From positions 2,831,715-2,895,714 of the forward strand of contig CAJINV010000003.1 of the NCBI GenBank assembly GCA_905178155.1: a DNA stretch of 64,000 nucleotides. The letters run 5' to 3'. A model generated the notes under the pieces. The model did not search any database and was not told the origin of the DNA. It saw only the letters and a list, made by a program, of their open reading frames with translations. Shown here piece after piece: positions 39,154-51,800 of this stretch (the first letter of the stretch is position 1; each line of letters starts with the position of its first letter). A program made the translations under genes and the position numbers. Origin of the DNA: Amoebophrya sp. A120 (lineage: Eukaryota; Protista; Dinoflagellata).

Positions 39154-42100
39154 CTATCGCGGTACAATGCCGCCCATCGAGCTCGCGTCGACCGTGGGGC
39201 CGCCCATGCTCTGACCCCCCTTCTTACTCTCCATCCCGACCCAAATCAGCTTCGCTTGTTTACACAGCGCTTCTTTATCCATTGCAAAAGCATGATCGTA
39301 CTGGAGGTTATTACACAGCATACAAATTTTGTAACAGTCCCCTTAGGTGGAAAAGTGATCAAATTTGTAAAAAAATGCCGGTTTCGGTTTGTTCGTCAAG
39401 AACTCCAAAACAAACCTGTCTTCACTCATGCCAGAAGACCAAGATTTTTGCAGCGATTCGAATATCTAGTGTACGAGCACGATCGTACTTTTGCAGAGGA
39501 TAGTTCTGTTCCTGATACATCGTCAGCGACGTTGGATCCGTTGGCGGACACATGCCGCAGCTTTTCGCTTGGGCTCCCTCTCCACCTCCACCCATTCCCA
39601 TGAACTTTGCCCCGTTCATGCCTAGATCCTTGATCACCTTCGGATCGACAGTGTGGCAGGGCTGCACGATGCACGTCTTTATCGAACGCAAATATCGGGT
39701 CACGGTCAACAGTAGAGATTGCCCATTTCGTATTGGCTTTGGTAAGCACTCTTCCATGCACGTACACGCAATTCGAGCTGCACATAGAAATAAATGAGGT
39801 GGCAATATTTTTAAAACCGCTTTCATCGCAGTCCGCAGTGGTTGAAGTTGCATTTTTAATGCCTACTGCTCCCATGTACGAGCGCACGGGTAGTTCATCC
39901 GTTATACTGAGTTTAGGATGCACGGTGCCGACCCACATCAAAGAGCACCACCAGGCCGCCCCGAAATGACTTCTCTTGCCCTGACCCTGACCTGTGTGAA
40001 CATGATGCATATTCTTGTAGAGAAAACAGTTGGGTGTGCCTCCAATCGCGCCAAGAAGTCCTCCCATCATCCCCGCTCCTGAGCCACCTGAAAAGAAGTC
40101 ATCCCAATGAACAACCAGGAATACACCATATCCATATCCTTGCCATACAATGGTACGCGGCGTAACAAACTGCGGCTTCGATAATGTAAATTTTCATTTT
40201 GGAACGTCGGTAATAAATTATTGTGCGAACTCAGCGAGCTGCGCTCGAAGTACCCCTACATATTTATAATGCGCACGCTTCATCCACCATGTTGTCCCGC
40301 AAATCCAAATACACATGTTGCGTTCCAGCGTCAACATTCTATTCTGGTACCAAAGATGCGAAAGGGCCGCGGCAATACCAACAGTACGACCTTGCTTTAT
40401 GTTCTATAGTAACAGCGTCCTTATGGCCAAAGATGATATCATGGATTCCTGGTGCGCGCGACTTGTTCTCTGTTTGATAATAATTCGCGTAAATGCAGCT
40501 GGGATGATCCGTGCACAGTCGCTTGCAGTGATTCTCGTCGGTGGCCTTCTGCGACCCGGTGTGGAATCCGAGGGCCGCACCGAAACTATTTAACATGTTG
40601 CCGGCGAAGTCCTTGCCTCCCAAAAGCGGGACCGCCGCCCCCGCAGCAGCAATCCCCGCTGCTCCGAGCGCCAGTTTTCCTGCGAGACCGAGCCCCAATA
40701 CAGGTAAAACTTTCTTGTTCACCGTGTGTGCCAGCTTGTACTGCGTTTTTTTGTCCAACCGCTGCCGTTCGTGAGTACGAGCAGCGACGCTTTGCTGCTC
40801 CGTTGTGTTCATTTTATTCTGCAGGTTTTCGTGCTCCGCGGTCGCGGTTTCCGTTTCAAGCAATGCACCGTCTTGGTCAAAGCCACCGGCCGGCGCATCT
40901 TCCGCTCTTGTTCCTGTTGAAGATGTGGCTCGAGCTAACCTCTTTTTTCCGTCCGCTTGTTGTGTTCCCTGCTGGTCTGTCCCTGTTGTATCAAGTGCGA
41001 GTTGACCTTGTTGACCGGCGCCAGAAACTCCGGCGTCCTTCGTAGCTCCTGCCCGCACGACCGTCGGGGTGTTTAATATCCTACTAGCAGGTGGAACAAG
41101 ATTGTCCTCCCTTGGCGGTTGGTCCACGAGATGATCGCGATCCTGCTCATGTTCTTGGGCTGTCCTCTGTCCACCCTCCGTCTTGGTAATATCAGTATCA
41201 CTCCGACGCGGCAGTAGGTGCTCCCTTTCTTGCAAAAGCACATTGCCTTGTCCCGTCTCGGAAAGTAGATCATGCCCACGGTGGTTCGCTCTACTCGACG
41301 TTTCTGCTTGCGCTATAATACCGCCCTGCTCGGCGCTATGTCCATTTTCTTGGCTTAGTATGGCGGCTTCGCCGTTCCAATGACTATGCGGAGCCACTTC
41401 GTCGAGGTCCTCGTGATCCGCGACCTCCATGCCGGCTGCCCGCATCCAATCAGACATCATGCTGTCTACCTCATCTACGTTGAAACCATAGGCATCTATG
41501 ATGTCCTCGATTTCGCGCAGCTGCTCTGCCGTCGCCGTCCGCTCCCCAGCGGCCCCATGATCCCCAGGGTAGTTGTACGACGATTGCGTTTCTTGCATGA
41601 AGGACGACGAGGCTGAAGAACTACTGCTTCCGAAGCCCTTGTGACCTCCAATCCCCGCGCCGGTGCTACCTTTCGGCTCGCAGATAACGGGTCCACGGAT
41701 TATGAACCACCAGAAAACGCAGCTACCAGCCACAATCGCAAACGTGATCACAGCACACAATATCCAGTAGCAGGAGCTGCACCCGCAGCAGCAAGCTGAT
41801 GTATTATGATTGTGAAATAGTTTTTGGATTGATTTGCATTCGTCCAGAAAAATATTACTTTATTTCAATCATTTTCATGTAGTACTGAACCTGTCACCAG
41901 TCGTATCAAGATCTGATATCTTGATCTGAATAGCAGCAAAAAAAATTTCGTCTTTTAGCATGTGCAAAAATCTGATCTGCAATTCTTGTACACAGAAACT
42001 ATACCTTCGTCCGCGTAGCCGTAAATATCGTAATCGTCGTAGCCTTGGGCGTACCGGCCCCCGGGCGGTGGCGGCGGTCCCTTCGTCATTTTCCCGCCGG

Positions 42101-43259
42101 TTCCTTTTTTGCCGCCACCCTTGGTCGAAAAGCCTTTGGGGGGACCGCCTTTCATCATCGGCTTGCCAAACATGCCCATCATGCCAGAGGATTTCCCGCT
42201 ACCCATGCCACTACTACTCAACATGCTGCCGACGCTGGACATAGCACCGTATTTACCCATGCCCTTTCCGCTAGCCGCGAGTGCCATCACTTCGCCCGAC
42301 GCCTCCCCCTCGGGTTGTTGACGCACCAGTCTGGAAGAAGGTCCAAGAGCCACCTTGTCGAGATGCGGCGAAGGTGACCACGATGCGTCGTGCCTGGTTT
42401 GTGCGTTGTGATGTTGTTCCAGGGTCGCCAGTTGCTCTGGCGTGAAGGGGTAAAATCCGTCGTCTTCGTCATATTCCACTGGGTAAGGAACAACGTGGTC
42501 GTGGAAGTTTTCACCCCCCGTGGTGTCGTTTTCCTCGCCTATCAGGACGAGATCGTCCTCGTCGAAGGCTGCGCCTCCGCCGCGTCGAGGTGTTTCTTGC
42601 ACGAGCGGACCTTTTCCGATCCTAGACCTAGTACCAGTTGTACTATCACCCTTCAGGGTCTGCACAGGTTGTACTGGCGGAGTCCTCGTCGCTGCTCCGT
42701 AGAAGGCCTGCAGTTCCGGAGTATAATTGCTGGCGTTCCTGGTCGTCCGGGCATGTTCGTCCTCGTCCTCAACTATTTGTGTCGCTTGGAATGTTTCATG
42801 ATCCGCGTTTGAGAAAATAGAACCACGGCCTCCACCATTTTTACTTGCGACGCTTCTAGTTGTACCACTTGCAGCCTCCCCCTCACGCTGTTTGCTGATC
42901 ATCTTCTTGCCGTTTGCGTTTCTGCTTTTCACTGGGGAAAAGGGTGCGCCTGCTTGTTGCCGGTGGGACGAGGGTATTTCTTCACGGTCTTGGTCTGGCT
43001 TTCTAGCAAAAATGTCGATCCCGTCACTGTCCTCTTGTTCTCGACTGCCAATGTTGATCTTCGCTCTGGTGTTGCCCGGCGGGCTGTAGAGGCTCAGGCT
43101 GTAGGGATCAGGGACTATCACAGTAGTTGCAACAGAACCGCGGCCTGCGTCAAGTGTACTAGTTGTCGACATCCGGTCCCCGTCTAGTGCCACGGTCTCG
43201 TCAACACCATCTCTGCCATCGCCGTAATAATTAGCCTCCATGGTAAATTCTGGCGTCAC
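39154..43259 (-). CDS. Single-pass membrane protein, family member d (largest)
   Basis: ORF 41955..43259 joins 40339..41760 via GT-AG intron 42004-41796 (E-ACCCGCSSCYWILCAVITF...). Cys pattern CKRLCTDHPSCIYANYY, NCFLYK-(T/K)CIVQPC, EQN-ALCKQAKL after removal of two elements. Junction ~40400-40090 and the start codon are unresolved. Confidence 0.65.
39276..39502. mobile_element. Introner-like element, 227 bp (family D)
   Basis: TIR TATCCATTGCAAAAGCATGATCGTACT vs TATCCTCTGCAAAAGTACGATCGTGCT; flanks ttctt/gttct (offset match); removal plus 5 nt is in frame. Confidence 0.85.
39680..40011. mobile_element. Introner-like element, 332 bp (B-related), TSD GTCTT/TTCTT
   Basis: TAT/ATA ends with a weak IR; removal restores NCFLYK-x-CIVQPC, matching paralog NCFLFSECIVIRC. 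Confidence 0.8.
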
Positions 43260-44535
43260 CTGGGAAGCGTACTTCTAGCACTACCTCTGGTAGAGGGAAT
43301 GAGGATGATACATACCAGCACAATGTTACATCAAGGAAGGCATGCGAAAAACTGGGAAAGAGATCAGAATAGCCGTGACAACTTTTTCAATAGACATAGG
43401 AGGTGGATCTGCAGCCGATAACAACATCCATACAGCTCTTACTGAATGCATACTAGGTTCTTGGCTCTTCTTCAAAAACCACATTCAAATTCTTCTACCT
43501 CGCAAGTGTGAATCGTAGGTACGCTCATCGCGTAGCGCGATATATTCTTACGGCCGGCTGGTCGACGGGACCACGCCGAGGCATGATACTAATATTTCTA
43601 TCTAAAATTACTATCAAGGGCGGAAGGGCAAGGGCATAGATACTAGGGACACATTTTCTAAAAAATTCAAATTGTTGGGGAACAATAAAGATGTCTAGTA
43701 GTTGAAGCACAGAAAATGGGGGTCCTCAACCTGGAGCGGGCGGTCGCGGTGCAATTAATAGCGACAAATTCAATGATGCTCAAACGAACATGAACGATAC
43801 GAAAAGTAAGTTTCTTTAAGTTTTCTGAAAAAGACACAGGTTGCACGACTTTGTCTTCAAAATTGTACTATCCGCAATGCACGACAAGCGACCGACTCAA
43901 TCAGAAACACGAAAGTTTCCTTGTACGAAAGGACGAGAATAACCGATCTGCGTTGCTGTACGAGCTTAGGTAAGAGCGTCACTCCTGAGATCAGGATCAG
44001 CAGACGAAGAACGTGTTAAATGCACACCGAAAAACAAGGTCAAAGCGCGCTCTACATAAAGTCGGATGGCTGGACCTGGATGAAACGCTAGACTTTGGCG
44101 AATGCTACCGAAGGAACGAGAATGATGTTGTGAAAGACGAATGATGAGGCCTATTTACACGACTAGACGAAGCGGAAGAACGCTGACGTAACGAACAAAA
44201 TATTTTCGCGCACAAATCCACAGCCGGTTTCGATGCTTGTGCTCATACTTCACAGACTTCAATGCACTCGTCTCGCCTGCGTCTCGGCTTAGTGCGTTTC
44301 ATTTATGCATGGAAAAGCTCTGTTTTGATGTTTTTCTTAGTAATACCATCTAGTAATCGTGTGTGTGATGTGTGTGCGTCGTGCCTAAGATGTTGGCTTT
44401 CCTGTAGAAGATGCAGAAACAAAGAAGACAAAACAACAATGACGATACGCTTCCTTTAATACTTACTTTTACTACTGATCAATGTATCAATCATTCACAA
44501 ATTATGTCGCGTCTTCGAAAAATTTACAACAGTGC

Positions 44536-45606
44536 TCATCCGAGTTTGCGCAAAGAGCCGGGTCCGTAAACCAGGTTTGGCGTAGTTTTCTGTGCCGAAC
44601 TAAAGTAAGCCGCTTCGCCATCGGGAAGCAGTAAAGAAGCTAAACGGTGCATAATCTTGTCGTAAGACACATCAGGAGCATCGGTCTTCGTATAATTCAT
44701 CTCCTGATCGTTTAGCATGATCTGGAGCGTTCCGTCGCCATGGTGGTCGTCAACATGATCTTCAGTTCTTGATGTCGGCCCAGGTATTTTGATTTTCTCA
44801 TTCTTGTCTGCCACGCCGTGGCGGTAGTTGTACCCATGATCGTCTTCACCGTCCAGGAACAGCAAGGAGTCAAACAGCAGGTCCGCCTCGTTTGCGGACA
44901 AATTGAAGTGGTGCAAGAAGTTCCGGATTTTGTCGCGTGCGTCGCGCAGAGTTGTAGTAGGGGTCTCGGACGAATTCGAGTTTTTCATCATCAGTCGAAA
45001 CGACGAGCGAATATTCGTGAACCGCCCGTACGCGTTTTGCTGCAAAAGGTGGACCAAGTTCTCAACCTCCGTCTTCGACGAGCGGTGGCGGTGCGACAGC
45101 TTTGCATTTTTCACGTCGGTTTCAGATGAACCAGGACTGAATTTGTCGGCAGCTCCACCGCTCACTCGACGTGCAGCGCACCGCATAGACGCGAAGTCGA
45201 TTCTTGGTGGATCGTCCTGCATACCCACGCGTGCGACAGACGACGACGCAGTAGTTCTACTTGGAACCTGAGTACAGTACCATCAACTACAATATCATTT
45301 TTCATCACGGAATTATTTATCCGTCAGTACAGATGATTCTGTGACTATTTGGGATTGGGACTAGATCACGATGGAACTACGGGAAGCATGTGTTTCGGAT
45401 GCGTGCAAAAAATAAGCATTGCACCATACCGGCTGCTCCTTTGCGTCGCATCCTTTACCAGTCCTTCCAGGACGGGTCAAATTCTGCATGGCTGCGCGAA
45501 ACTCGGCCTCCCTAGGTGTTCGTGTTGGTGTTGCAGTGGTTGTCAATAACATTGCGTTCGAATCAGCCACAGGACGAGGAATCCCATCCGACAACATCAT
45601 CATCAT
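44536..45606 (-). CDS. Hypothetical protein (~302 aa), possibly with degenerate EF-hand-like helices; exons 45606-45430, 45267-44536
   Basis: A phase-0 GT-AG intron (45429-45268) joins two ORFs in frame. RFTNIRSSFRLM...IRNFLHHFNLS...LFDSL is only loosely EF-hand-like. Confidence 0.55.
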
Positions 45607-46225
45607 TTCTCTTTTCTTATCAACTCCCTGTCACTGTCAGCAAAAACAGCAAAGAAATTCTAGGCGCGGAAAGAAGAAAAATAGCAATTGCAGTCTTCAG
45701 AGCAACGAGGTACGTGGTTCTTGTTTCGGACAATCCGTCACCAGCAGTTGCAGGTCAAAGAAAGAGCGTAAAGCGAGAACTGAATTCGATGCACCGAGAC
45801 GAAGGCTAGTGAAGAACCAAGGACAAAATTGTAGTTAGGTTGATAGTAGGTAAGTACATGTGGCCTGTAGCTGTCTACTAACTGCACAGCACCGTGCTCC
45901 GCCGTCGACGTCACGACTTACTTTGTCGTTGCGCTCTGGTGTCTGGTGTCGTGCTGTAGATGCAGTAAAAAACCCTGAAGTTCATGAGTAAAAAACCAAA
46001 ACACAACAAAAAACCGACGCGCCGAGCAAAAAAGTAAAACCAAATCAACAACAGAAAAACGTGTGTGCCGAGCGCTCATTTTGAGGCGAGTGAGTTAAAA
46101 GCAAACAACAACCATGAGTTCACGACCGAATTCTGATGAAGTTTTTGCTGAACGTAAAAAAGACATGCAAAGTAGTAGAACGTCGTCAGAGCCAGGCGTG
46201 AAAAAACTACAAAACCGCCGCTTGT

Positions 46226-48576
46226 TCACGGGGCGGAGATTTTCATCGCATTCGTTAATGATGAGGCTACTTCTACTTCCGCTTCAGAATAGAGGAAAGT
46301 GTGTGTGTAGTCCAGCAGACCATGTGTACTACTGGTGCTCTCAGTCGGTGTCGCGGAAGAAGGCGAAGAGGATGCGCTGCTCGCGATAATGGCATAGCAC
46401 CTCCTCGAGTCTCCCTCCTCCAATGCTTCTCGAAACGCGAACCCGACGACGTGGTCTTCACTCGTCTCGTCCCCTTCTTGCTCGTTGGCTGTTTTCATCG
46501 CACACACCGTCATGCCGCACGTAGCTACGAAAGCTTCGTAGACATAGCTCATGACCAGGACGTATCAAACGCAAATATGTCTGGGTCTGGAAGAGTGAGT
46601 GTAAGACTTGTCATGCAGATTTTCATTTTACGTGACCCATGACCTCTGTAATGCATAAACCCAGCATCACAGATTTTTAGAGGGGTTGCTGATGCCTATT
46701 CCGCATTAGAAATGCCCTCTCCATATAGCACAAACTGAACCCCTCTTGCAGCTGGTCACGCAAGACAGATTTTTTTAGCATGCAGAGACAGCATCACAAG
46801 TTGCAACCTTCCAGAACCAGACATATTTGCAATGCATAGCACGCCCCTCGCGAACGGCTCGCTCCCCGGATTTTCGTCGCGTAGGTTCTGGTCAAACTCG
46901 TCCGTCTTGTCGAGAACAACAATGTTATCCTTTTGGCTACTCCTTCCTGTCACGACGGGTACAGGAATTTTCAATATGCGGCCCCCGTTGGTCGTCGGTG
47001 GATGCGCGACGTCCAAATTGTGCCAATGGCAACGGCGCTCCCAGCGCTCCCACACGAAGGGCAACCCCATCACGCGGCGATGGGTCAGCTCCAGGCGCTC
47101 ATGCACCCGGCAGTAGCCCGCCATGGACCGAGAGATGCGGCGGGCCACCGGCACCACCGCGGGCGATTCGCTGGCGTCCCCCTGCACGCTCGACACGATG
47201 TGGGTGGCAAACTGGATGTGCGGCAGCGCAGCGAGCGTGGCAAAATTCAAGCTGGGAAGCACGTCGTACTCGCACCCCTCGCAGTTCAGATGCAGGAGGA
47301 ACATCTGCTTGAGCGGTGTGTCCGTAACGCGTTCAATCGTCTGAAAAGTTTCGGTGACGGAACGCACCACGATGGACTCGGTGGTGGACGCCGTACGACT
47401 CGCAGCCTCCGCTCGCGCGGCCTTCCGGCGTGCAGCTGTCGCGGAATTTTCATCTTGTTCTGTGCCCGCCGGCGAGCCTGGTGGTGAGTTTGTTCTATCT
47501 GAATTTTGGTTTTCCTCTTCCTCGCCGGTCCGTTTCTCTTCGCCCACCACGCTGGAGCCATCCCCGGACACCGCCAGCCGCAGGAGTTCTGTCGTGGGCC
47601 CCACGCCGTAGTTGTGGAAAAAGAGCCGCTTGGGATTTTTCAAGGGTGGCACGACGTCCTCGGAGTTTGTACTAGTGCTGTCCATTATCTCTACAGTTTC
47701 ATCTGCAGTGCGAGGGCTGCACTTTGGCGACGAGGTCGTCCCACCTGCGAGAGCTTCTTCCGCGCTGCCGCACGATGTAGAAGTTGTGTCTTGTTCGGGT
47801 CTTTCCGCCAATCCCAGCACATGGTGCACGAGATGCTGGAAAAAGCCCATACTGGGCTCGAAGAAGTGCACCTCGAGGTCGGGATCTAGCCGGGCAAAGT
47901 GCACACCGTCCGTCCCATTTTTGAACGCGCCAATGTACACCATCGTTCTTACCGCCTCTGGCAGGCCGTAGAAAGGGGGCTCAGCACTGACCGAAAGCAA
48001 CTTCGTTTGCGATGGAGCGTTCGCGGCATTTTTGTCGTCCTGATCCAACGGGGACGGCGCACCAGACGGAGGCAGCTTGCGCAACGCTCGGTCCAGGCGG
48101 AAGCGGCTCAGGAGGTCGAAGCTCAGGGTGTTGTGGAAGTGGCGGTCGGGCAGCGCAATCTGGCCCCAGAACGCGCAATCCCCGCTCTGGTACTCGTACC
48201 CGGAGCCCGGGAAATGATTCGTGCGCCAGTGTGCGGTGAGGAGGTGCTGCCTGCAGGCGCGGTACTCTTCATCCATGAGGTTGTCTTCGGTCGAGGTGCT
48301 TCCGAGCACGAAGGAACCCAAACGAGAGGTGCACGAAATTTCGTCCGGCGACAAGGGTGCGTTGGGATCGTAGGAGAACTCCGCTCGGGCCGCGTGCGCG
48401 TAGTAGAAGAGCCGGCTAGAAGACGAGGCAGCTGCATTTTGGTCCTTTTCGCGCAGCAGCTCCACCACTAGCTCAGAACTGGAAAGCAACACGGTGCGGA
48501 AGTACACGGATACAAGCAGGCTGCATGGAGCGACAAACAACGCGCGTGTGCTGGGCGACATGGCGCACCTTTGCAT
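46226..48576 (-). CDS. Membrane-anchored FkbM-like (Methyltransf_21) SAM-dependent methyltransferase; exons 48576-46839, 46557-46226
   Basis: N-terminal hydrophobic anchor; motifs VYIGAFKNG, VHFFEP, FHNYGVG, LLHLNCEGCEYDVL, IQFATH. Element removal gives in-frame ARGV-LVMSYVY. Confidence 0.7.
46563..46838. mobile_element. Introner-like element, 276 bp (family B), TSD GGACG/GCACG
   Basis: TATCAAACGCAAATATGTCTGGGTCTGGAAG ... CTTCCAGAACCAGACATATTTGCAATGCATA; internal similarity to 8365-8637. Confidence 0.95.
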
Positions 48577-48868
48577 TTTGACGTCGCCCCGCGTCACTAC
48601 AAATGCTTACCTCGGACGCGGACTCCTTCGAGCACACAGTCGCACACAAAAAACATCAAGAAAGCGAGCTCCTCTGTAAAATTTCGCTAGATGTTGATCA
48701 GAATCGGAAAACCACTATGGGGCGCGTCTTCCTCGGAGGCACGAAATTCTTGCAGGAGCAAGAACAGAAACAAGAGGACTGTCGTCGAGAGTGAAGACAC
48801 AAGGCTGTGCAACATAAGTAAAGTACTTTACATAACTCAAACAATTCACGCTTGGAGCGCACCTTATT

Positions 48869-51800
48869 TCATTTCACAAATGTATCAGGAGCCTGATCCC
48901 TGATCACGGCAGCTGCCAGGGATGTTGATTTTGAATTTGATGTGGTTGTAGCATTAAACGTATTCATTAGGTATGCGTTCATTTCGTAGAACCATGGGAG
49001 TTCCTTGAAGCTGTTGAATGAGACGGGAAAATTACTAAAAATCAGCCGCGGCATTCTCCCTGCGAATCCAGAGCAGTGCAGAAACTGTGCCGTGCGTCCC
49101 TTAAAATAATTCCAGGATGCGGACTCCCGATGAATCCAGGCCCGCATCGGATTCTGCACAGGAAGCTCGGTGGAGTAATACTTGGCCCAGGGCACAATGA
49201 CAAACTTATCTCGCCCAAACTCGTCCCGAACCACACCACTTCGGCGTTTCACATCGGGCCCGTTTACTTCGAAGGGTGAGTCTTGTGGTGTTGCTGCCTC
49301 GTCTTTCGCACCATCGGAGCTTGTAGCTACTTCCACCTCTACTTCTTTCGTCGTAGCGATACTTCCGCTGATCGCGGTTGTTCTCGAGAAGATGTCCGGA
49401 AAGATGAGCGCCTCGGTGAGGCAGGCGTTGAGGAACTTGTCCTCGCGAAAGCCCTTGGCGTAGGGCTGACACTGCTCGGAGTCCAGCATGGGCAGGGCCT
49501 TGAAGTGCGCGAGGTGGTTCGTCACATGGTGGTCCATTTTCCAAAGAAACTTGGCTAACCGGTCCAGGGCCCCGCCCGAGAGGCACACGCCCGGGCCCCC
49601 ATCGTTCCAGGGTCGCCGTCCGTCCCAGAGCTCGTAGAGGTGCGCAATCCCGAGGTTATAGGACCAGTCCGTTACGTCCAGGTCCCGCACCAACCGGCGC
49701 ACGTTATTCGGAAAAAACCAGGTATCCCGTTCCAGCCGGCACGTCCAAAATTGCGACACGATCTCGGGCTCTTCGTCATTTGTGGTCCCCTGGCTCTCCG
49801 GCTCGGCATTACCTCGATTTTGTCTACTTCGAGCAGTTGTTGTATCAGATTCGTCGCCTTCCCCTTCCGCGGCTGCACCGGGTCTGCTCTCTCCTGCGCT
49901 TGCAGCGTCGCCCCTTGATGCCACTGCCGATGGTCGTGTCAGATCATTATACCCGTGCGACGCATCGGTTACGTTTTCCTGTCTTTCCAGCAGCATCAAC
50001 CTCTCCTCTTCGTCTTCCCACCAAAATCGATCGGGTTCGTGTGAACTCGGCGCGGAGGCAAGAATTGTGTCGATACGGAGATTCGAGATCGCGACCCCGG
50101 CGTCTTCAGCAAGCGATCTTGTTTGCAGTTCTTCGCGAGCCGCGGCCGTGTTATCTACTTCTACTCCTCGGTCGGATTCAGAATGCCCCTGTTTCTCACT
50201 CGCAGGCTGCTGCAATCCGGCAGTTTTTGATAAGGAACTTCCACCCTCATGTTGATCGTTTTTGCGAAACTGACACGGAAAAAGCAGTCTGAGAAAGTGC
50301 TGCAACCTCGCCCGGCCTTTCGATTCAATTTCCGTGCGGAGGCCCCGGTGGACAAACTGAAACATATGCAACACCTTCGCGACGGTGTTCTTGTCCTGGT
50401 CCGTTAAGTGCTTCGAAGTGAAGCTAAAATTGGCGTCGCTGTACTTGTAGGTGTACTCCGACCGATCCGGGGAAATGCCGGGAAACGTCTGTCGCAAATC
50501 GAACACCCCGAATGGTAAACAGGAAGCTGCACCTCGTGATGTGCCGGGTCGAGATTGTTGTTGTTCATCGTGAAGGTTAATGTCAGAAGCTCCTTCACGT
50601 TGACTCTGTTCACTTCGTCTCTCGTCCTGGCGAAGAGCTTTCGTCCTTTGCTCGTCTTCGTGCACGCGGCAAAAGGCCTCTTTTTCTAGCTCGATTTGCT
50701 GTCCTCGCGCAGCCTCGTCGTCTCGCACCTTTTGCTGGGAGTTACCGCGATCAAACACAGATTTCCGACCAAGTAAAAGATCGAGCAAAAATTTCGGATC
50801 TGTGAGAAGGCTCCCGCGAGAGGGCTTTATCTTTTGCCCTACAACTGACTGGTGCTGATTAACGTCTTCGGCGTCTTCACTTTGCTCACTGCGGTCGTGT
50901 TCTTCTTCTTCAGGCACCGAAGTAATGATTCGCTTCTCCAGCTCAGCCACGGTGTCCGCGAACGAAGAGCGAACCTGGAGATCACGCTCAGCACAGTAGT
51001 GAGAGCAAAAATCGTCCGGCAGAGCGACAAAGAAGTAGATTTCGTCGCAGCTTCCCGCGACGTGTTCCCGCCCGCCCCACGTGTCCAAGATGGCACGCCG
51101 AAAATCTGCCTCCGCAGGCCACACAAGCGGCAGAGCGCACAGTAGTTTGACATTTTGACTCTTGACTACACTTTGCTCGGGGTCGTGCTCGGTGCTGGTC
51201 GTGTTCTTGACCTGGAAGGCACTAGGTGCGGTTGGTTCTTCTGGAGTACTAGAACCCGGATGATCGTCTTGCCGATTCATTATCGGGGCCGGCTGGCGCA
51301 CCTGTGGCAGGGGCGGGTGCTTGCTGCGTTCTTGCGCTTGTCGTTCCAGCTCGCTGTCGGTGACGATCTGCAACGTGTTCACATACGCCGATGCCGCCTT
51401 TTCCACTTCTTCCACGATGGTCTGTGCAAGCCTCAGTGCTTTGATGTCCACCTCGTGTAGCACTTCGACTGAATCTGTTTTTTCTGCTTTGTCTACTCCA
51501 CTTATGGACGAGGACACCACCCGCTGGAGGTCCGTGAGCAGGCGCCGGAAGGTGGCACTGTCTTCCTCATCAACCTCGTCCTCCGGAAAGGCGATCGACA
51601 TCAAATTTGGCGAGGGGGCAGCAGATGCTGTATCAACGATATCGCGTTCTTTGTCATCTGATGTCGCACCAGCAGTTGTCTTTTCAGCCTCGTCCTCACC
51701 ATCCTCGATTATTCCCTCGAGCTGTTCTTGCAGAAGTGCAGACTCGAATACAGGAAGCGGCGATAGCTCAACGTCGTCCATTCTTCGTCGGCTCGTCCCG

